Below, one piece after another: positions 7,482-18,441 of a stretch of DNA of 64,000 nt; the stretch's first letter is position 1, and the number at the start of each line of letters is the position of its first letter. Both the position numbers and the translations under genes were made by a program. Source of the stretch: a virus. Taxonomy: Duplodnaviria > Caudoviricetes. Below the pieces are notes generated by a model. The model did not search any database. It had not been told where the DNA came from and was given only the letters and a program-made list of their open reading frames with translations. Where the stretch lies: IMG/VR virus record IMGVR_UViG_3300044716_000140, positions 1,338-65,337 of that record; one strand, written 5' to 3'.

Positions 7482-9568
7482 GCGCAAACATTAAAGCATC
7501 GGTAGACGGAACACAGGCAATCATCGGCGTAGGAGGCGTTGACCAGATGACAGTCAGCAACGCTGGCGTAGTGACGGCAAACAACTTTGTAGGGCTGAAT
7601 AGCTCCAGCGTGACAGCAACTGGATCGACTACAGCAAGGACATTGGCTAATCGTTTTGCTGATACAATAAACATAATGGATTTCGGAGTGGTTGGTGATT
7701 ACAATCCAGTAACTGGAATTGGAACTGATGATACTAATAACATTAAATCTGCTATTCAATATTGTTCTACAAATAAAAAACGACTGTATATTCCGGGCGG
7801 AAAAACATATTTAATGACAGAAATAGCAATCAACGCTCCTTATTATGTTGATATGTTTAGCGATCCCGCTAATCGAGCTGTGTTTAAAACCACACTTGCG
7901 GCGGCACAAGCAAACGCAAGACAGTTTGAATTTTTAGATTTAACTGACCAAATATCGGGCAGGTCTATTACTCAAAACATAATTCCAAATCAAAGAAAAA
8001 TATACTTAAATAGCGTTTCTTTGTTGACAGAAGGAATGATTATCCGAATTACAAGCAATGTGTTATGGCCTTATGACAATAGAGGTTCTGCCTGCAAAGG
8101 AGAAATACATTTAATTACTGAAGTTGATAGCGTTAATAATTCAGTAACTATTGAGGACAGCACAAGAGATACTTATCTTTTAACTGATACTATAACTGTA
8201 GCAGCTTGGCAACCAAATAAATTTGCTATTGAAAATTTGGAATTTGAAATTCCAGAAGTCAATCCTACTCCTACTGGAGACACGGGGGGAGTATTGTTTG
8301 ATAAAACTTACAACGCTTTAATCCTCAATTGTAAAGTTAGTGGCATTAACAACTATGGTTTTACTAATAGATTTTGTGTAAACACTAGCTATCAAAAAAT
8401 TCAATGTGCAAAAACACAAGATACAAGCACTGGATACGGGATTGTTGACAGAACAAGTCTTGGCACACACATTACGGACTTAACTTCGTACAGACTTCGT
8501 GCGGCGTATGATTCCTCCAACACAGGGGTTCACGGCCCTAATCGGGACGCTGTTGTTGATGGTTTTGTAATTCGTGGAGGAGGAGTCTATTACCCTGATG
8601 GAGTAACTACCGCTAACAGAGGTCTAGGGATGCACGGCCCTAGCGAAAATGTGCAATTTATTAACGGATACATTAGTGATGTATCAAATGGCATAAGAGT
8701 TAGAGGTAAAAATACATTTATCCGTAATATTACTTTTTCTGGCTTAATGATTACAGGGGTTGCTTGCAGTCACGGCACTTTAATGACAATTTCAGACTGT
8801 GCATATGATTCAGTAAATTATCCTAATAAAAATATTGTTATCCCTACTGGGGTTGTTCCTCAATCTAGGTTGACTGATTTTATTAATTTTGGTATTAGTG
8901 ATAACCCAGATAATAATTGGAATTTTACGCTCCCCGTTATGGTTCATAACAACATTATTGCAGGATTAAAACAATCTGTTGTTAATATTGTATCTCCCGG
9001 AGAAGTTAGTAATTTATTTTTAAATAATAATATTATTCAAGCCACTCCTGATGCTGGAATTACAACTTTAGTTTTTTACAGTTCATCTTCAAATAGAGCT
9101 GTATATAATAGCACTTGCATAGGAAATCAATTATCTGCGTTAAGTGGTGATATTGCACTAGTTGATCAAGGAGCTTCAAGGGTTTTACTTGGATACTCGG
9201 CAACGGCTGCGATAAAAGAAAGGGCGGTAGCCATTGACAACAGATCATGGCTTATTCGTTTAGATAACGACACAGTGGGTAAAATTAGAACTGGCGCATC
9301 TGACCCAGAACAAGAAAGGTTAAATTTTATTCTTGCTGGCGATGCTGGGGGAACTAAATCTTTTCTGCTAACTAAAGAAAGCACAAGCAAAACAGATTGG
9401 TATGGAACTTCATTCCCAACATTAACAACAACAGCTACACCTGACACACTAAACGGAACAACTGGTACAGACGGGCTTGTAACTATTGGGGTTATGAATA
9501 ATGGCGATTTCTATATTCAAGACAGACAAAGCACAAGTAGAACATGGCGGGTTACGCTTTTAGCATAA
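7478..9568 (+). CDS. tailspike, pectate-lyase-like beta-helix (putative depolymerase)
   Basis: INIMDFGVVGD...TDDTNNIKSAI...LYIPGGKTY matches the Pectate_lyase_3-type N-terminus. Confidence 0.85.
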   Translation: MSANIKASVDGTQAIIGVGGVDQMTVSNAGVVTANNFVGLNSSSVTATGSTTARTLANRFADTINIMDFGVVGDYNPVTGIGTDDTNNIKSAIQYCSTNKKRLYIPGGKTYLMTEIAINAPYYVDMFSDPANRAVFKTTLAAAQANARQFEFLDLTDQISGRSITQNIIPNQRKIYLNSVSLLTEGMIIRITSNVLWPYDNRGSACKGEIHLITEVDSVNNSVTIEDSTRDTYLLTDTITVAAWQPNKFAIENLEFEIPEVNPTPTGDTGGVLFDKTYNALILNCKVSGINNYGFTNRFCVNTSYQKIQCAKTQDTSTGYGIVDRTSLGTHITDLTSYRLRAAYDSSNTGVHGPNRDAVVDGFVIRGGGVYYPDGVTTANRGLGMHGPSENVQFINGYISDVSNGIRVRGKNTFIRNITFSGLMITGVACSHGTLMTISDCAYDSVNYPNKNIVIPTGVVPQSRLTDFINFGISDNPDNNWNFTLPVMVHNNIIAGLKQSVVNIVSPGEVSNLFLNNNIIQATPDAGITTLVFYSSSSNRAVYNSTCIGNQLSALSGDIALVDQGASRVLLGYSATAAIKERAVAIDNRSWLIRLDNDTVGKIRTGASDPEQERLNFILAGDAGGTKSFLLTKESTSKTDWYGTSFPTLTTTATPDTLNGTTGTDGLVTIGVMNNGDFYIQDRQSTSRTWRVTLLA

Positions 9569-9581
9569 GCTAATTAAAAAA

Positions 9582-10442
9582 ATGAACAATTCTACATTTA
9601 CCATTGAAGGAATTAATAAAAATAATCAAGTAATAGATGGAAATGGTAAAGTATTGAGTGGTAAAGATTGTTTGCTTGTAAAATCAATTCAAGAAAATGG
9701 CAAATGGCTTGCTCCAGAAAACATAACAATAAAAAATTTTGTTGTTAAAGGTTCAGTTAGAATTATTGGAATCGGTATAAATGGAGAAGGAGAATTGGTT
9801 AGAGAATCTTCTAAAAACAAAAATCACATAGAGTATTCCCAATCTGTAGCTCCAAAGAATATTGTTTTTGATAACATAAAAATAGAAGCAAATAAAAGAA
9901 CTCCATTTTATGTTGCTCCGGGTTGCACAAAAATCACTCTTCAAAACAGTGAACTTACTGGATTGGCAGAGTCTGTTGCGGTATATCTTGATTGTGAGTC
10001 AGCACACAATACGATTCAGAATAATATTTTTAAAACTAAAACCAAAAGAGAAGCAATTGCAATCGATGGTTCCGCTTACAATATTATCCAGAACAATACA
10101 TTTGAATTTTTAGATTTTGGAGGAATATATCTTTATAGAAATTTAGGGGAAGGCGGAACGATTAGGCATCAGACTCCTAGTTTTAATAAAATTCTGAATA
10201 ATACTTTTAAGTATAACAATGCGATTTCAGATAAACTTAATCAGATTATTCATCCCGCCATTTGGATGGGTTCAAGGTCAAAATTTATTAAATATTTTTA
10301 TATGTCTGGTAAAAAATTCAAAGACCGAGATACAAGCAAACCATTTGGATCAAGTAAAAATCCAAATGATCTTTCATCAAATAATATCGTTAAAGGAAAT
10401 AAACCTAAAAATATTATTGTAAGAGATTGGCAGGTTAAATAA
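9582..10442 (+). CDS. right-handed beta-helix protein
   Basis: Repeated NxIxNNxF turns (HNTIQNNIF, YNIIQNNTF, FNKILNNTF). Very AT-rich. Confidence 0.7.
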   Translation: MNNSTFTIEGINKNNQVIDGNGKVLSGKDCLLVKSIQENGKWLAPENITIKNFVVKGSVRIIGIGINGEGELVRESSKNKNHIEYSQSVAPKNIVFDNIKIEANKRTPFYVAPGCTKITLQNSELTGLAESVAVYLDCESAHNTIQNNIFKTKTKREAIAIDGSAYNIIQNNTFEFLDFGGIYLYRNLGEGGTIRHQTPSFNKILNNTFKYNNAISDKLNQIIHPAIWMGSRSKFIKYFYMSGKKFKDRDTSKPFGSSKNPNDLSSNNIVKGNKPKNIIVRDWQVK

Positions 10443-10552
10443 TAAAAACTTGACAATACTCTATGTAATAGCAATATTCTTACAAATACTATGAGCCTCT
10501 ACACACCTTGCGACTCGGAATTTCCGTTGTTGTGTGAACCACTAAAATAATT

Positions 10553-11332
10553 ATGCCACTAACAAAAGCAACAACTAATATCATTAATCTTAATAAAGAT
10601 ACTGATGTAAACGAAGTCACTATAGGAAAAGGTGGTGGCAATTTATCTTCAAACACTGCCCTTGGTAGAGATTCGCTTCGTGAAAACATAACTGGAGCAA
10701 ACAATACCGCAGTTGGAGTAGCAGCACTTGTCTTCAACGAATCTGGATCAGAAAACACATCGGTTGGAGTGTCATCGCTTCGTGAAAACATAACTGGAAC
10801 AAATAATTCAGCATTTGGAAGAAGTGCGCTACGAAACAATACTGGAGATTTTAATACAGCAATTGGACATAAAGCTGGCGAGGTAAATACAAGTGGCACA
10901 AATAATGTATTTATTGGTTCAGAGTCTTCTGGAACTGCTGGCAATGTTTCTAATCAAGTTAATATTTATAATGGTAGCGTAACTGCAAGATTTACTGGAG
11001 CGGCATCAGGATGGACTTTTACTTCTGACGAACGAGATAAGAAAAACATTGAAGATTTGACTATTGGCCTTGATTTTATTAACCAATTGAAAGCTCGTAA
11101 ATTTGCATGGGATATGAGAAATTCCGATGTAGATAAAGGCAAAGAAGCATCTGGATTTATTGCTCAAGAAATTCTTCAAGTTGTTAATGTTAGCAACGCT
11201 AAATATACAAATCTTGTAGATGAAAGCAATTCAGAACAATACACACTTACTATTACTAATTTAATTCCTATTCTTGTTAAAGCAGTTCAGCAACTCTCAG
11301 CTAAAGTGGCTGAATTGGAAGCTAAAATTTAA
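10553..11332 (+). CDS. tail fibre with C-terminal intramolecular chaperone (peptidase S74)
   Basis: NTAxGxxxLxxNxxG repeats, SDERDKKNIEDL autocleavage motif, GFIAQE, terminal coiled coil. Confidence 0.88.
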   Translation: MPLTKATTNIINLNKDTDVNEVTIGKGGGNLSSNTALGRDSLRENITGANNTAVGVAALVFNESGSENTSVGVSSLRENITGTNNSAFGRSALRNNTGDFNTAIGHKAGEVNTSGTNNVFIGSESSGTAGNVSNQVNIYNGSVTARFTGAASGWTFTSDERDKKNIEDLTIGLDFINQLKARKFAWDMRNSDVDKGKEASGFIAQEILQVVNVSNAKYTNLVDESNSEQYTLTITNLIPILVKAVQQLSAKVAELEAKI

Positions 11333-11339
11333 TAAAATT

Positions 11340-11756
11340 ATGCCATACACTAATAAAAAAGCCGATCTTCCAGAGGGTTTTATTGACCTTGGAGAAAAAG
11401 TTCAATCAATGGAAATAAAGCCAGCAATGGAGATGGAGAAATCTGAGTCTATTCACTATCCTTCTCTTTACTTTGATAACGCTGAAGGATTGAGCAAGCT
11501 GCCTAAAGAAGGAACTGCGATGATTCACTTCAAAAAAGTCATGGAGAAAAAAGAAACCATGATGCGTGATGGTAAGGAAGTAAAGCGTCACTGCGTTGAG
11601 CTTCAGATTTGCGGAATTAAGCCAGAATCAGTTTCTGAAACAACCTCGACCGATGAAGAAAAAGAAGATGATGAAGACGCTATTGAAATGGGCTTGAAAG
11701 CTGCCGCTGGCGAAGCTGAATCCGAAGACAAATACGAAACCGAAGAAGAAGATTAA
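11340..11756 (+). CDS. acidic hypothetical protein
   Basis: ATG 11340 follows an A-rich leader; Glu/Asp-rich tail. Confidence 0.65.
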   Translation: MPYTNKKADLPEGFIDLGEKVQSMEIKPAMEMEKSESIHYPSLYFDNAEGLSKLPKEGTAMIHFKKVMEKKETMMRDGKEVKRHCVELQICGIKPESVSETTSTDEEKEDDEDAIEMGLKAAAGEAESEDKYETEEED

Positions 11757-11761
11757 AATTT

Positions 11762-12082
11762 ATGCCTCCAAAAAACGAGCTTCCAACTGAAGCACCAACA
11801 CCAACAACAGACGCGATGCCGGGTGAAATGGCCGCACCAACTCCTGACATGGCTCCCGCTGGTGGTCAAGTGATGGTTGAAATGCCATCTGACGCATTTG
11901 ATGCCATCTACACGCTTGTTACGCAACTCGCAAGTGGACTTGAAACTCTCAAGTCAGATGTTGACGCTCAAAAGGGTGGCGCAATGCCTCCAGAGGGCGA
12001 GATGATGCCTCCAGAAGCTGCTGCAATGGGTGCTGATGAAGAGTTTCTGAATTCTCTTGCACAAGAAGGTTCCATGCGCTAA
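11762..12082 (+). CDS. Pro/Met/Ala-rich hypothetical protein
   Basis: Clean ORF in the operon; low-complexity acidic sequence. Confidence 0.65.
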   Translation: MPPKNELPTEAPTPTTDAMPGEMAAPTPDMAPAGGQVMVEMPSDAFDAIYTLVTQLASGLETLKSDVDAQKGGAMPPEGEMMPPEAAAMGADEEFLNSLAQEGSMR

Positions 12083-12091
12083 TTTCGCGCC

Positions 12092-15000
12092 ATGTTTGTC
12101 TCGGAAATCTTCGATGAATGCGCTGAAATTTTAGGATCAACAGATACCAAGAAGGTATTTCGTAAAATTCAGCAGGCAGTCCAGACCTTGATGGAATCTG
12201 GACACTGGACGCACACCACAGCGGAAATTGATGTCTGCACTGGATGGGATCGTTGCAGTCTTGCATTGCCTCGCGGAATTGATGTGCCTCTTGCTGTCAA
12301 CATTGATGGTTCTCCGACATACTTCCGCAATCGTTTGTTCCAATACCATGTGAACAAGGGTGGAGTCTACAATTCCGTTGAGTGGGCATGGGATGATCGA
12401 GGCTATGTAGCAACGCTGATGGACATCATTCAGCCTTCACAACTTGTTGCGGTGGCTGAAAGCAATAATGATGTTGGCAAGAAAATTCGCGTTCTTGGCA
12501 TTGATCAAAACAATCGCAATCTTCGCTCGCAGATGCCAAACGGAATGGGAGTGGATGGTCTTCTCATTCCGATTCACTCGCAACAAGATTTTCAGTATGG
12601 CACGATTGCGCCTGATGACGCAACGATTGCAACCCGCAATGTTGCCATTGATCCTATCACGGATTTTACAACAACAACTCCGCATGGCTTGACATCTGGT
12701 CAAGGAATATCTGCGAGGGTTCTTACAGGCACAATTCCAGTTCCGCTCAATGATGGTCAAACATATTATGTTGGAGTTATTGACGCAGTTACAGTCCAGC
12801 TTTTCAGCGATTCGCTAAACGCTGAAGCATTGCAATACCCAATCGCGCTTTCAAGCATAGTTGGATTTGGAACAATGCAATTACGCGATCAGCGTAATGC
12901 TCAAGTGGTAACTTCGCTGGAATTTGCATCTGCTCCATCGTTTGCAATTGACTCGCCTAACGAGGTTGTTTTTCCAACATTGCCGCTTCCTGCGCCATTA
13001 GAACAAAAGAAAACATACTTTGCACAACCGATAGATTCGACGCATTTAAACATCTTTAGTTCACTTTCTGACGCGAAGAGTAATAGCAATCCGATCTACA
13101 CAACAGGTTCAATGTCACCAATCGACATTGACATCCGCAAACCAATTGTTCCAGAAACAAAACTTGTTTTTAATGTAAAGCATTATTTTAATGACGGAGA
13201 TCAGGTTCAAGCGACAACCAGTGGCGGAACATTGCCTCAACCATTAATTGAAAATCAAAATTATTTTGTAAATGTAATTAATGACACTTCAGTTTCTCTT
13301 CACGAAAATCAAGCTGATGCAATTGCGTCAACATCAACAAATTTTGTAAACCCAATTAAAATTACAACTGCTGGAGTAGGAACAAATTCTCTTGTAAAAT
13401 TACTTCAAGCAACAGCAAAATCTGGTAAGGAAAATCAAATTACCGCTACAGGATTAAACATATCTACCCCATCAGGAATCGGAGCTGATTTTGATGCGGT
13501 TGTAGTTGGGGCTGTAACCTCTACAAGAGTTGTATTTCAAGGAAGCGGATATGTTTCAGACCCTAATATTACATTTTCTGCTCCTCCAACTCCGCCAATA
13601 ACAAGTCCGTTATCTGGACAACAAAAAACAGCAACAGGATATGCTATAAGAGATACAGTAAATAACAAATTAATAAATATTGTAATTACAGACCCCGGAT
13701 TTGGATATATTACTGCTCCAACAATTACAATTGACCAACCAACTCAACAAGCATTGGAAGTAACATCAATAACAAAAGTTGGAGCAAATAAAACAATATC
13801 TGCTGGTAATCTTACTGGTTCTGGAACTACTGCAACTTGCATTGAAATTAATCATGGATATGCAGATAATCAAGTTGTTACAATAAGTGGAGCGTCACCA
13901 TCTTATTACAATGGGACATTTACTATAAATAGAATAGATGATGATACATTTACATATACAACTCTTTCAACAATAACAGTAAGTCCAGCAACTGGGACAA
14001 TTATATCTACGGCATATACTGGAACAATAGCAACTGCAACAACAAATGAAACTCATGGGTATATTGCTGGAGATAAAGTAATAATAGATGGAGCTTCACC
14101 ATCTGGATTTAACGGAACAAAAACAATTATTTCTGTAAATGCAGGAGCAAAAACTTTTACATACGCTGTATCTTCATTGCTTGGTAGTCCAGCAGGTGGC
14201 GTAGACATAACTTCTCAAAAACTATCTGGCTCTCAAGCTACAGCAACAGCAATAATTACAACATCTTTTTTATCTCATTTTACTCAAATTTCTGGAGGTT
14301 CTGGATATACAGAAGAACCTCAAATTAAAATAACAGGAGGTTCTGGAAACGGAGCAACTGCAACCGCAAATGTTAGCGGAGGGGTTGTTACAAGTTTGAA
14401 TGTAATTACTTCTGGAAGCGGATATACTACAATTCCAGATGTAGAAATAACTCCTTCTACTGGTGTATTTGTAAATTTTTCTTCAACTGGAGCATTGCCT
14501 TCGCCATTAATATCAGGCACTGCATATAGGGCTGAATCTCCAGACAATATTAATAAAACATTTACAGTTCAAAACACAGATTTTAGCGATGTAAACATTA
14601 CTTCTGCTGGAACTGGAACATTTTATGTTGTTCTTTCACGATCATTTGGAGTTGATTTTACAAATAATTGGCTTGGAGATTTTACAAGTCTTATAAATCA
14701 AGAAATTCCAGTTAGTTCAATCATAAAAACAACTTTAACAACAGCAGAAGTAACAACATCAATACCGCATGGGCTATCAACAAATGATGTTGTTTATATT
14801 AATGGAGTAACAAATCAAAATAATTACAATGGATTAAAACAAATAACAATTGTAAATCCAACAAAATTTACTTACGATATTGAAGCACTAACAATAAGTC
14901 CTGCTGTTGGTGTTAATATAACCGCACTGTTATTAACTAAAATTTATTTTGGAACAGATTATATTCTTCCAACAACATCTCCATCAATTGATAATGGTGT

Positions 15001-16075
15001 AACTCCGTTTTATTTGAGTGCCGTATCAAATACGCTTGCAAAAGTATACGCAAATATTGGTTCGACAACGCTTATCAACATTGATTCTTTCGGAACTGGT
15101 CAAACATATTACGCTATTCGGACGCAAGTTTCTCCATCTGTTGACTCAAATCTGATCAAGCCTGTAAATCTTGGATATTTAACAGAAGATCAAGTTGTTC
15201 AATTTAGTTCATCTAACATATTGCCGACTCCTCTGATTGCTGCGACTAATTACACTATTAAAATTATCGGTGATTCTGTGCGAGTGTATAACGGCGTATC
15301 TCCAGTAATTCTTTCTTCAACTGGAAGTGGTCAGTTGAGCCTTGACATTATTCGTGATGTCGTAGTGCAACCATCTAACAACATTGTTGCTGATTCATCG
15401 CTTTATGAGACAGGAACACTGCTTGTAGCTCGCGCAAAAGAAGGTGACACACTGCCAACTGGATTGTTGCCGAATACGAATTACTATGTTCGGCGCATTG
15501 ATAACAATTCTTTCGAGCTTTACGACACACTTGCCAATGCGCGTAACTTGACTTCTACAACTGGACGCAGGACATACACAACAACTGGCGATTCAGTTTC
15601 ATCCACATTCTTTGTTGATGCAATTTCCGATCCAATCTTTGTGAAAAACGTTGCACACATTGAAAAGCCTCTTACGGACGGATATGTTAGCCTTTACGCA
15701 TGGGATTACGGACGCAGCAACGACATGACGTTGATCGGGCAATATCATCCAACTGAAATCAACCCGCAATATCGACGAATCCGCATTGGCAAACCTTGTG
15801 CATGGGCAAGGATTATTTACAAGGTTACTAATCCAAGAATTACAAGCGTGTATGATTATATTCCGCTTGAACAAGAGCGAGCAATCATTGCTGCTGTTCA
15901 CGCAGTTGACTTGGAAGACAAGGATTTTGCCGATCAAGCTATGCGCTACTGGCAGATTGCGTTTGGATACCTAAAGAATCAGCAAGAATCAATTGATGGT
16001 CACGCAATGGCAGTTCCTCAAATTAATTCCATCTGTTACGCAGAAGGAGATGGAGCTGATCCTGTGATGTTTTAA
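12092..16075 (+). CDS. head-tail adaptor (tubular protein A-like) with a large repeat-domain insertion
   Basis: Helical N- and C-termini of adaptor type flank about 1000 aa of HGL/HGYxxGDxV and ITxxGSGYxxxP repeats. Directly precedes the nozzle-like gene. Confidence 0.6.
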   Translation: MFVSEIFDECAEILGSTDTKKVFRKIQQAVQTLMESGHWTHTTAEIDVCTGWDRCSLALPRGIDVPLAVNIDGSPTYFRNRLFQYHVNKGGVYNSVEWAWDDRGYVATLMDIIQPSQLVAVAESNNDVGKKIRVLGIDQNNRNLRSQMPNGMGVDGLLIPIHSQQDFQYGTIAPDDATIATRNVAIDPITDFTTTTPHGLTSGQGISARVLTGTIPVPLNDGQTYYVGVIDAVTVQLFSDSLNAEALQYPIALSSIVGFGTMQLRDQRNAQVVTSLEFASAPSFAIDSPNEVVFPTLPLPAPLEQKKTYFAQPIDSTHLNIFSSLSDAKSNSNPIYTTGSMSPIDIDIRKPIVPETKLVFNVKHYFNDGDQVQATTSGGTLPQPLIENQNYFVNVINDTSVSLHENQADAIASTSTNFVNPIKITTAGVGTNSLVKLLQATAKSGKENQITATGLNISTPSGIGADFDAVVVGAVTSTRVVFQGSGYVSDPNITFSAPPTPPITSPLSGQQKTATGYAIRDTVNNKLINIVITDPGFGYITAPTITIDQPTQQALEVTSITKVGANKTISAGNLTGSGTTATCIEINHGYADNQVVTISGASPSYYNGTFTINRIDDDTFTYTTLSTITVSPATGTIISTAYTGTIATATTNETHGYIAGDKVIIDGASPSGFNGTKTIISVNAGAKTFTYAVSSLLGSPAGGVDITSQKLSGSQATATAIITTSFLSHFTQISGGSGYTEEPQIKITGGSGNGATATANVSGGVVTSLNVITSGSGYTTIPDVEITPSTGVFVNFSSTGALPSPLISGTAYRAESPDNINKTFTVQNTDFSDVNITSAGTGTFYVVLSRSFGVDFTNNWLGDFTSLINQEIPVSSIIKTTLTTAEVTTSIPHGLSTNDVVYINGVTNQNNYNGLKQITIVNPTKFTYDIEALTISPAVGVNITALLLTKIYFGTDYILPTTSPSIDNGVTPFYLSAVSNTLAKVYANIGSTTLINIDSFGTGQTYYAIRTQVSPSVDSNLIKPVNLGYLTEDQVVQFSSSNILPTPLIAATNYTIKIIGDSVRVYNGVSPVILSSTGSGQLSLDIIRDVVVQPSNNIVADSSLYETGTLLVARAKEGDTLPTGLLPNTNYYVRRIDNNSFELYDTLANARNLTSTTGRRTYTTTGDSVSSTFFVDAISDPIFVKNVAHIEKPLTDGYVSLYAWDYGRSNDMTLIGQYHPTEINPQYRRIRIGKPCAWARIIYKVTNPRITSVYDYIPLEQERAIIAAVHAVDLEDKDFADQAMRYWQIAFGYLKNQQESIDGHAMAVPQINSICYAEGDGADPVMF

Positions 16076-18177
16076 TGAAATCACCGCAAATTACTTCTGG
16101 ACGGCAGGTAAAAACAACTGCTGGTTGGACTCAAGGAATTAACTCTGTTCGCAATCCTTGGGCACTGCCAGAGAACCAAGTTAAATGGGCAGTGAATTGT
16201 CAGTTCCGAGGTGGAATTGCACAGACAAGACCCGGACAATCAATGCGATTGTCATTACCTCCGGGCAATTTTCAAGGCGGCATTCTTTTTCTTGCAAACA
16301 AGCAATTCAAAGCAGCAGATGCCACAACATCTACGCAAATTTACGGAACAAATGGCGAAGGCGTTGAAGCGGATGAGTTGCCATACATTGTATTTGCTGT
16401 AAACGGCAAGGTTTATTGGAGTCCATTCCCACTAACACAACCTCAGAATTGGAAACCATTCCAATTGACCAATGTTTCGCTTGATCCAAATGTTTCACAA
16501 TTTTGTTTCACGCTGGCAACCAAATCAGCAAACATTTCTACTGGTGGAGACGTTTCGGTAACTCCATCGCATCGCGTATTGTTCATCCAAGATGGTGTAA
16601 ACGCTCCTGTTTATTGGGACGGATCAAATACCACTGGAGTTCAAGATGCAGACGTTCCAATTGGATTTTGGATGGCATATTCTGGAAATCGACTTTGGGT
16701 TGCTAACAAAAACATTGTGCTTGCATCTGATCTTGGCGACCCTACAAGCTGGCAGGAACGCACTACAGGATCAGGGCGCGGAGATTTCTCGTTTACTAGA
16801 CCAGTAACTGCATTGGTGAACTATGTAGGTCAAAATAACGATCAGAAATTGTATGTGTTTACAGATCGTGAAACATATGCTCTTTCAAGCGGTATTTACG
16901 ACAGGGCGGCATGGGGAACAACGCCTAATTTCCAAACTATTTTGTTTGCGAATGTAGGTTGCATTGCTGGTAAATCCATCGCGTTTCAAGCGGGTCAAAT
17001 GTGGTGGTTTTCTCAAGGTGGACTGGTTTCAGCGGACGTTGCTGGCAACGCTTACCTTTCGTCGCAGGTATTGTATAAAGATGTCGAAATGGTGCGAGCG
17101 AAGGCATACATGGCAGGCAACCAAACTGGAATTTGCGCGACATCATTTGAGAATTACTTGCTTTACAGCATTCCGTATCTTGAGCCACTAAATTCAGCCA
17201 CAATGGTCATGGATTGGGCAGTTGCAGCGGAAATGGGATCATCGCGTCAACCTGCTTGGTGCGGTGTATGGACAGGAACAAGACCCGTTGAGTGGACTAC
17301 AGGAATTGTTGATGGTCAACCTCGCTGCTTTCATTTCTCCGTTGATTATTCAGCGACAAACGATGGTTCTTACATTTCGCTTTGGGAATCATTTACTCAA
17401 AACCGAGTTGATTCATATTTGAGCATCAATGCGGATGGTTCAACGACTGAATTATTCAATCGGATTTACTCGCAAGTTGAAACCGCATTGCTTGGTGATG
17501 GAATGGACTTCAAGCAGTTTGTTTACGCTGAACTGGAATGTTGCGAGGTTGGAGGCACAGTAGATGTCAAGGCATCTTATCGAGGCAGCAAGGGGCCATA
17601 TCAAAATATTCTTGACACGCGCATTTTAGCGGTAACTGAAGACTACCAATGGCAGGATACTCCATTTGCGCCAGAGATTGAAAAGTTTGGTTTTTTGAAC
17701 ACGCAACATCGGCGTTTGATTACTGAATCTGCAACTCGAAATGCAGTTGCTGAAACTTGCGAGTCATATCTCACAACGGATATTGATAAGGGCTTTTCTA
17801 TGCTCGTTGAATGGTGTGGAGAGTTAGGAGTTGAGATAATTCGGATGTTTCAAGACCCGTGGAGCGAAAGGTCAACTGGTGTTCCAAATTCAAAAGAAAA
17901 ACAATCTTGTTTGCTTGCCCAAGATGGATCAACATTGACTCTTGATCTTCTTCCAAGTCCGTATGAAATTCCACAAACAGAGCAACAAAGTTGGTATGCC
18001 AAAGTTTATCGAACTGTGACTTTGACTTGTCCATCTTTGTCGTCAATTTCAGCAACGGCAGCAGCATCGTTCCTGTCAAGCATTTCTTTTACTCACGCCG
18101 AAGAACAAGCTGGAATTCTTGCTCAACAGGCCGCAAATGCAGCGGCTAATCAATACAGAATACTTAATCCTTGCTAA
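16075..18177 (+). CDS. tail nozzle / tubular protein B-like (beta-propeller)
   Basis: 700 aa, beta-rich; MAYSGNRLWVA...SDLGDPTSW and VGCIAGKSI motifs; position after the adaptor. Confidence 0.7.
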   Translation: MKSPQITSGRQVKTTAGWTQGINSVRNPWALPENQVKWAVNCQFRGGIAQTRPGQSMRLSLPPGNFQGGILFLANKQFKAADATTSTQIYGTNGEGVEADELPYIVFAVNGKVYWSPFPLTQPQNWKPFQLTNVSLDPNVSQFCFTLATKSANISTGGDVSVTPSHRVLFIQDGVNAPVYWDGSNTTGVQDADVPIGFWMAYSGNRLWVANKNIVLASDLGDPTSWQERTTGSGRGDFSFTRPVTALVNYVGQNNDQKLYVFTDRETYALSSGIYDRAAWGTTPNFQTILFANVGCIAGKSIAFQAGQMWWFSQGGLVSADVAGNAYLSSQVLYKDVEMVRAKAYMAGNQTGICATSFENYLLYSIPYLEPLNSATMVMDWAVAAEMGSSRQPAWCGVWTGTRPVEWTTGIVDGQPRCFHFSVDYSATNDGSYISLWESFTQNRVDSYLSINADGSTTELFNRIYSQVETALLGDGMDFKQFVYAELECCEVGGTVDVKASYRGSKGPYQNILDTRILAVTEDYQWQDTPFAPEIEKFGFLNTQHRRLITESATRNAVAETCESYLTTDIDKGFSMLVEWCGELGVEIIRMFQDPWSERSTGVPNSKEKQSCLLAQDGSTLTLDLLPSPYEIPQTEQQSWYAKVYRTVTLTCPSLSSISATAAASFLSSISFTHAEEQAGILAQQAANAAANQYRILNPC

Positions 18178-18178
18178 T

Positions 18179-18433
18179 ATGCCTTCCATCATTGACGCTT
18201 CTGTAAAAGTTACAAACTTCCCAAACCGATTTGTATCACCATTCGGGGATGATCCAGTTGTGCCGCTATATTCTTCTGTTCCAATTCCAATTGATATTGA
18301 AAATTGCCTTCCTTGCGTTGTTTGTGGTAACTTTGCCACACGGAACAAAGTTATTCAGCAGCAAGCCGAAAGATTCAAAGGATATTTGCCAACGGAGTTG
18401 AGCGGAAATGAAGTTGTGGTTGGAACTAATTAA
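18179..18433 (+). CDS. small Cys-containing virion-module protein
   Basis: ATG 2 nt after the upstream stop; CLPCVVC motif. Confidence 0.6.
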   Translation: MPSIIDASVKVTNFPNRFVSPFGDDPVVPLYSSVPIPIDIENCLPCVVCGNFATRNKVIQQQAERFKGYLPTELSGNEVVVGTN

Positions 18434-18441
18434 ATAAATAT

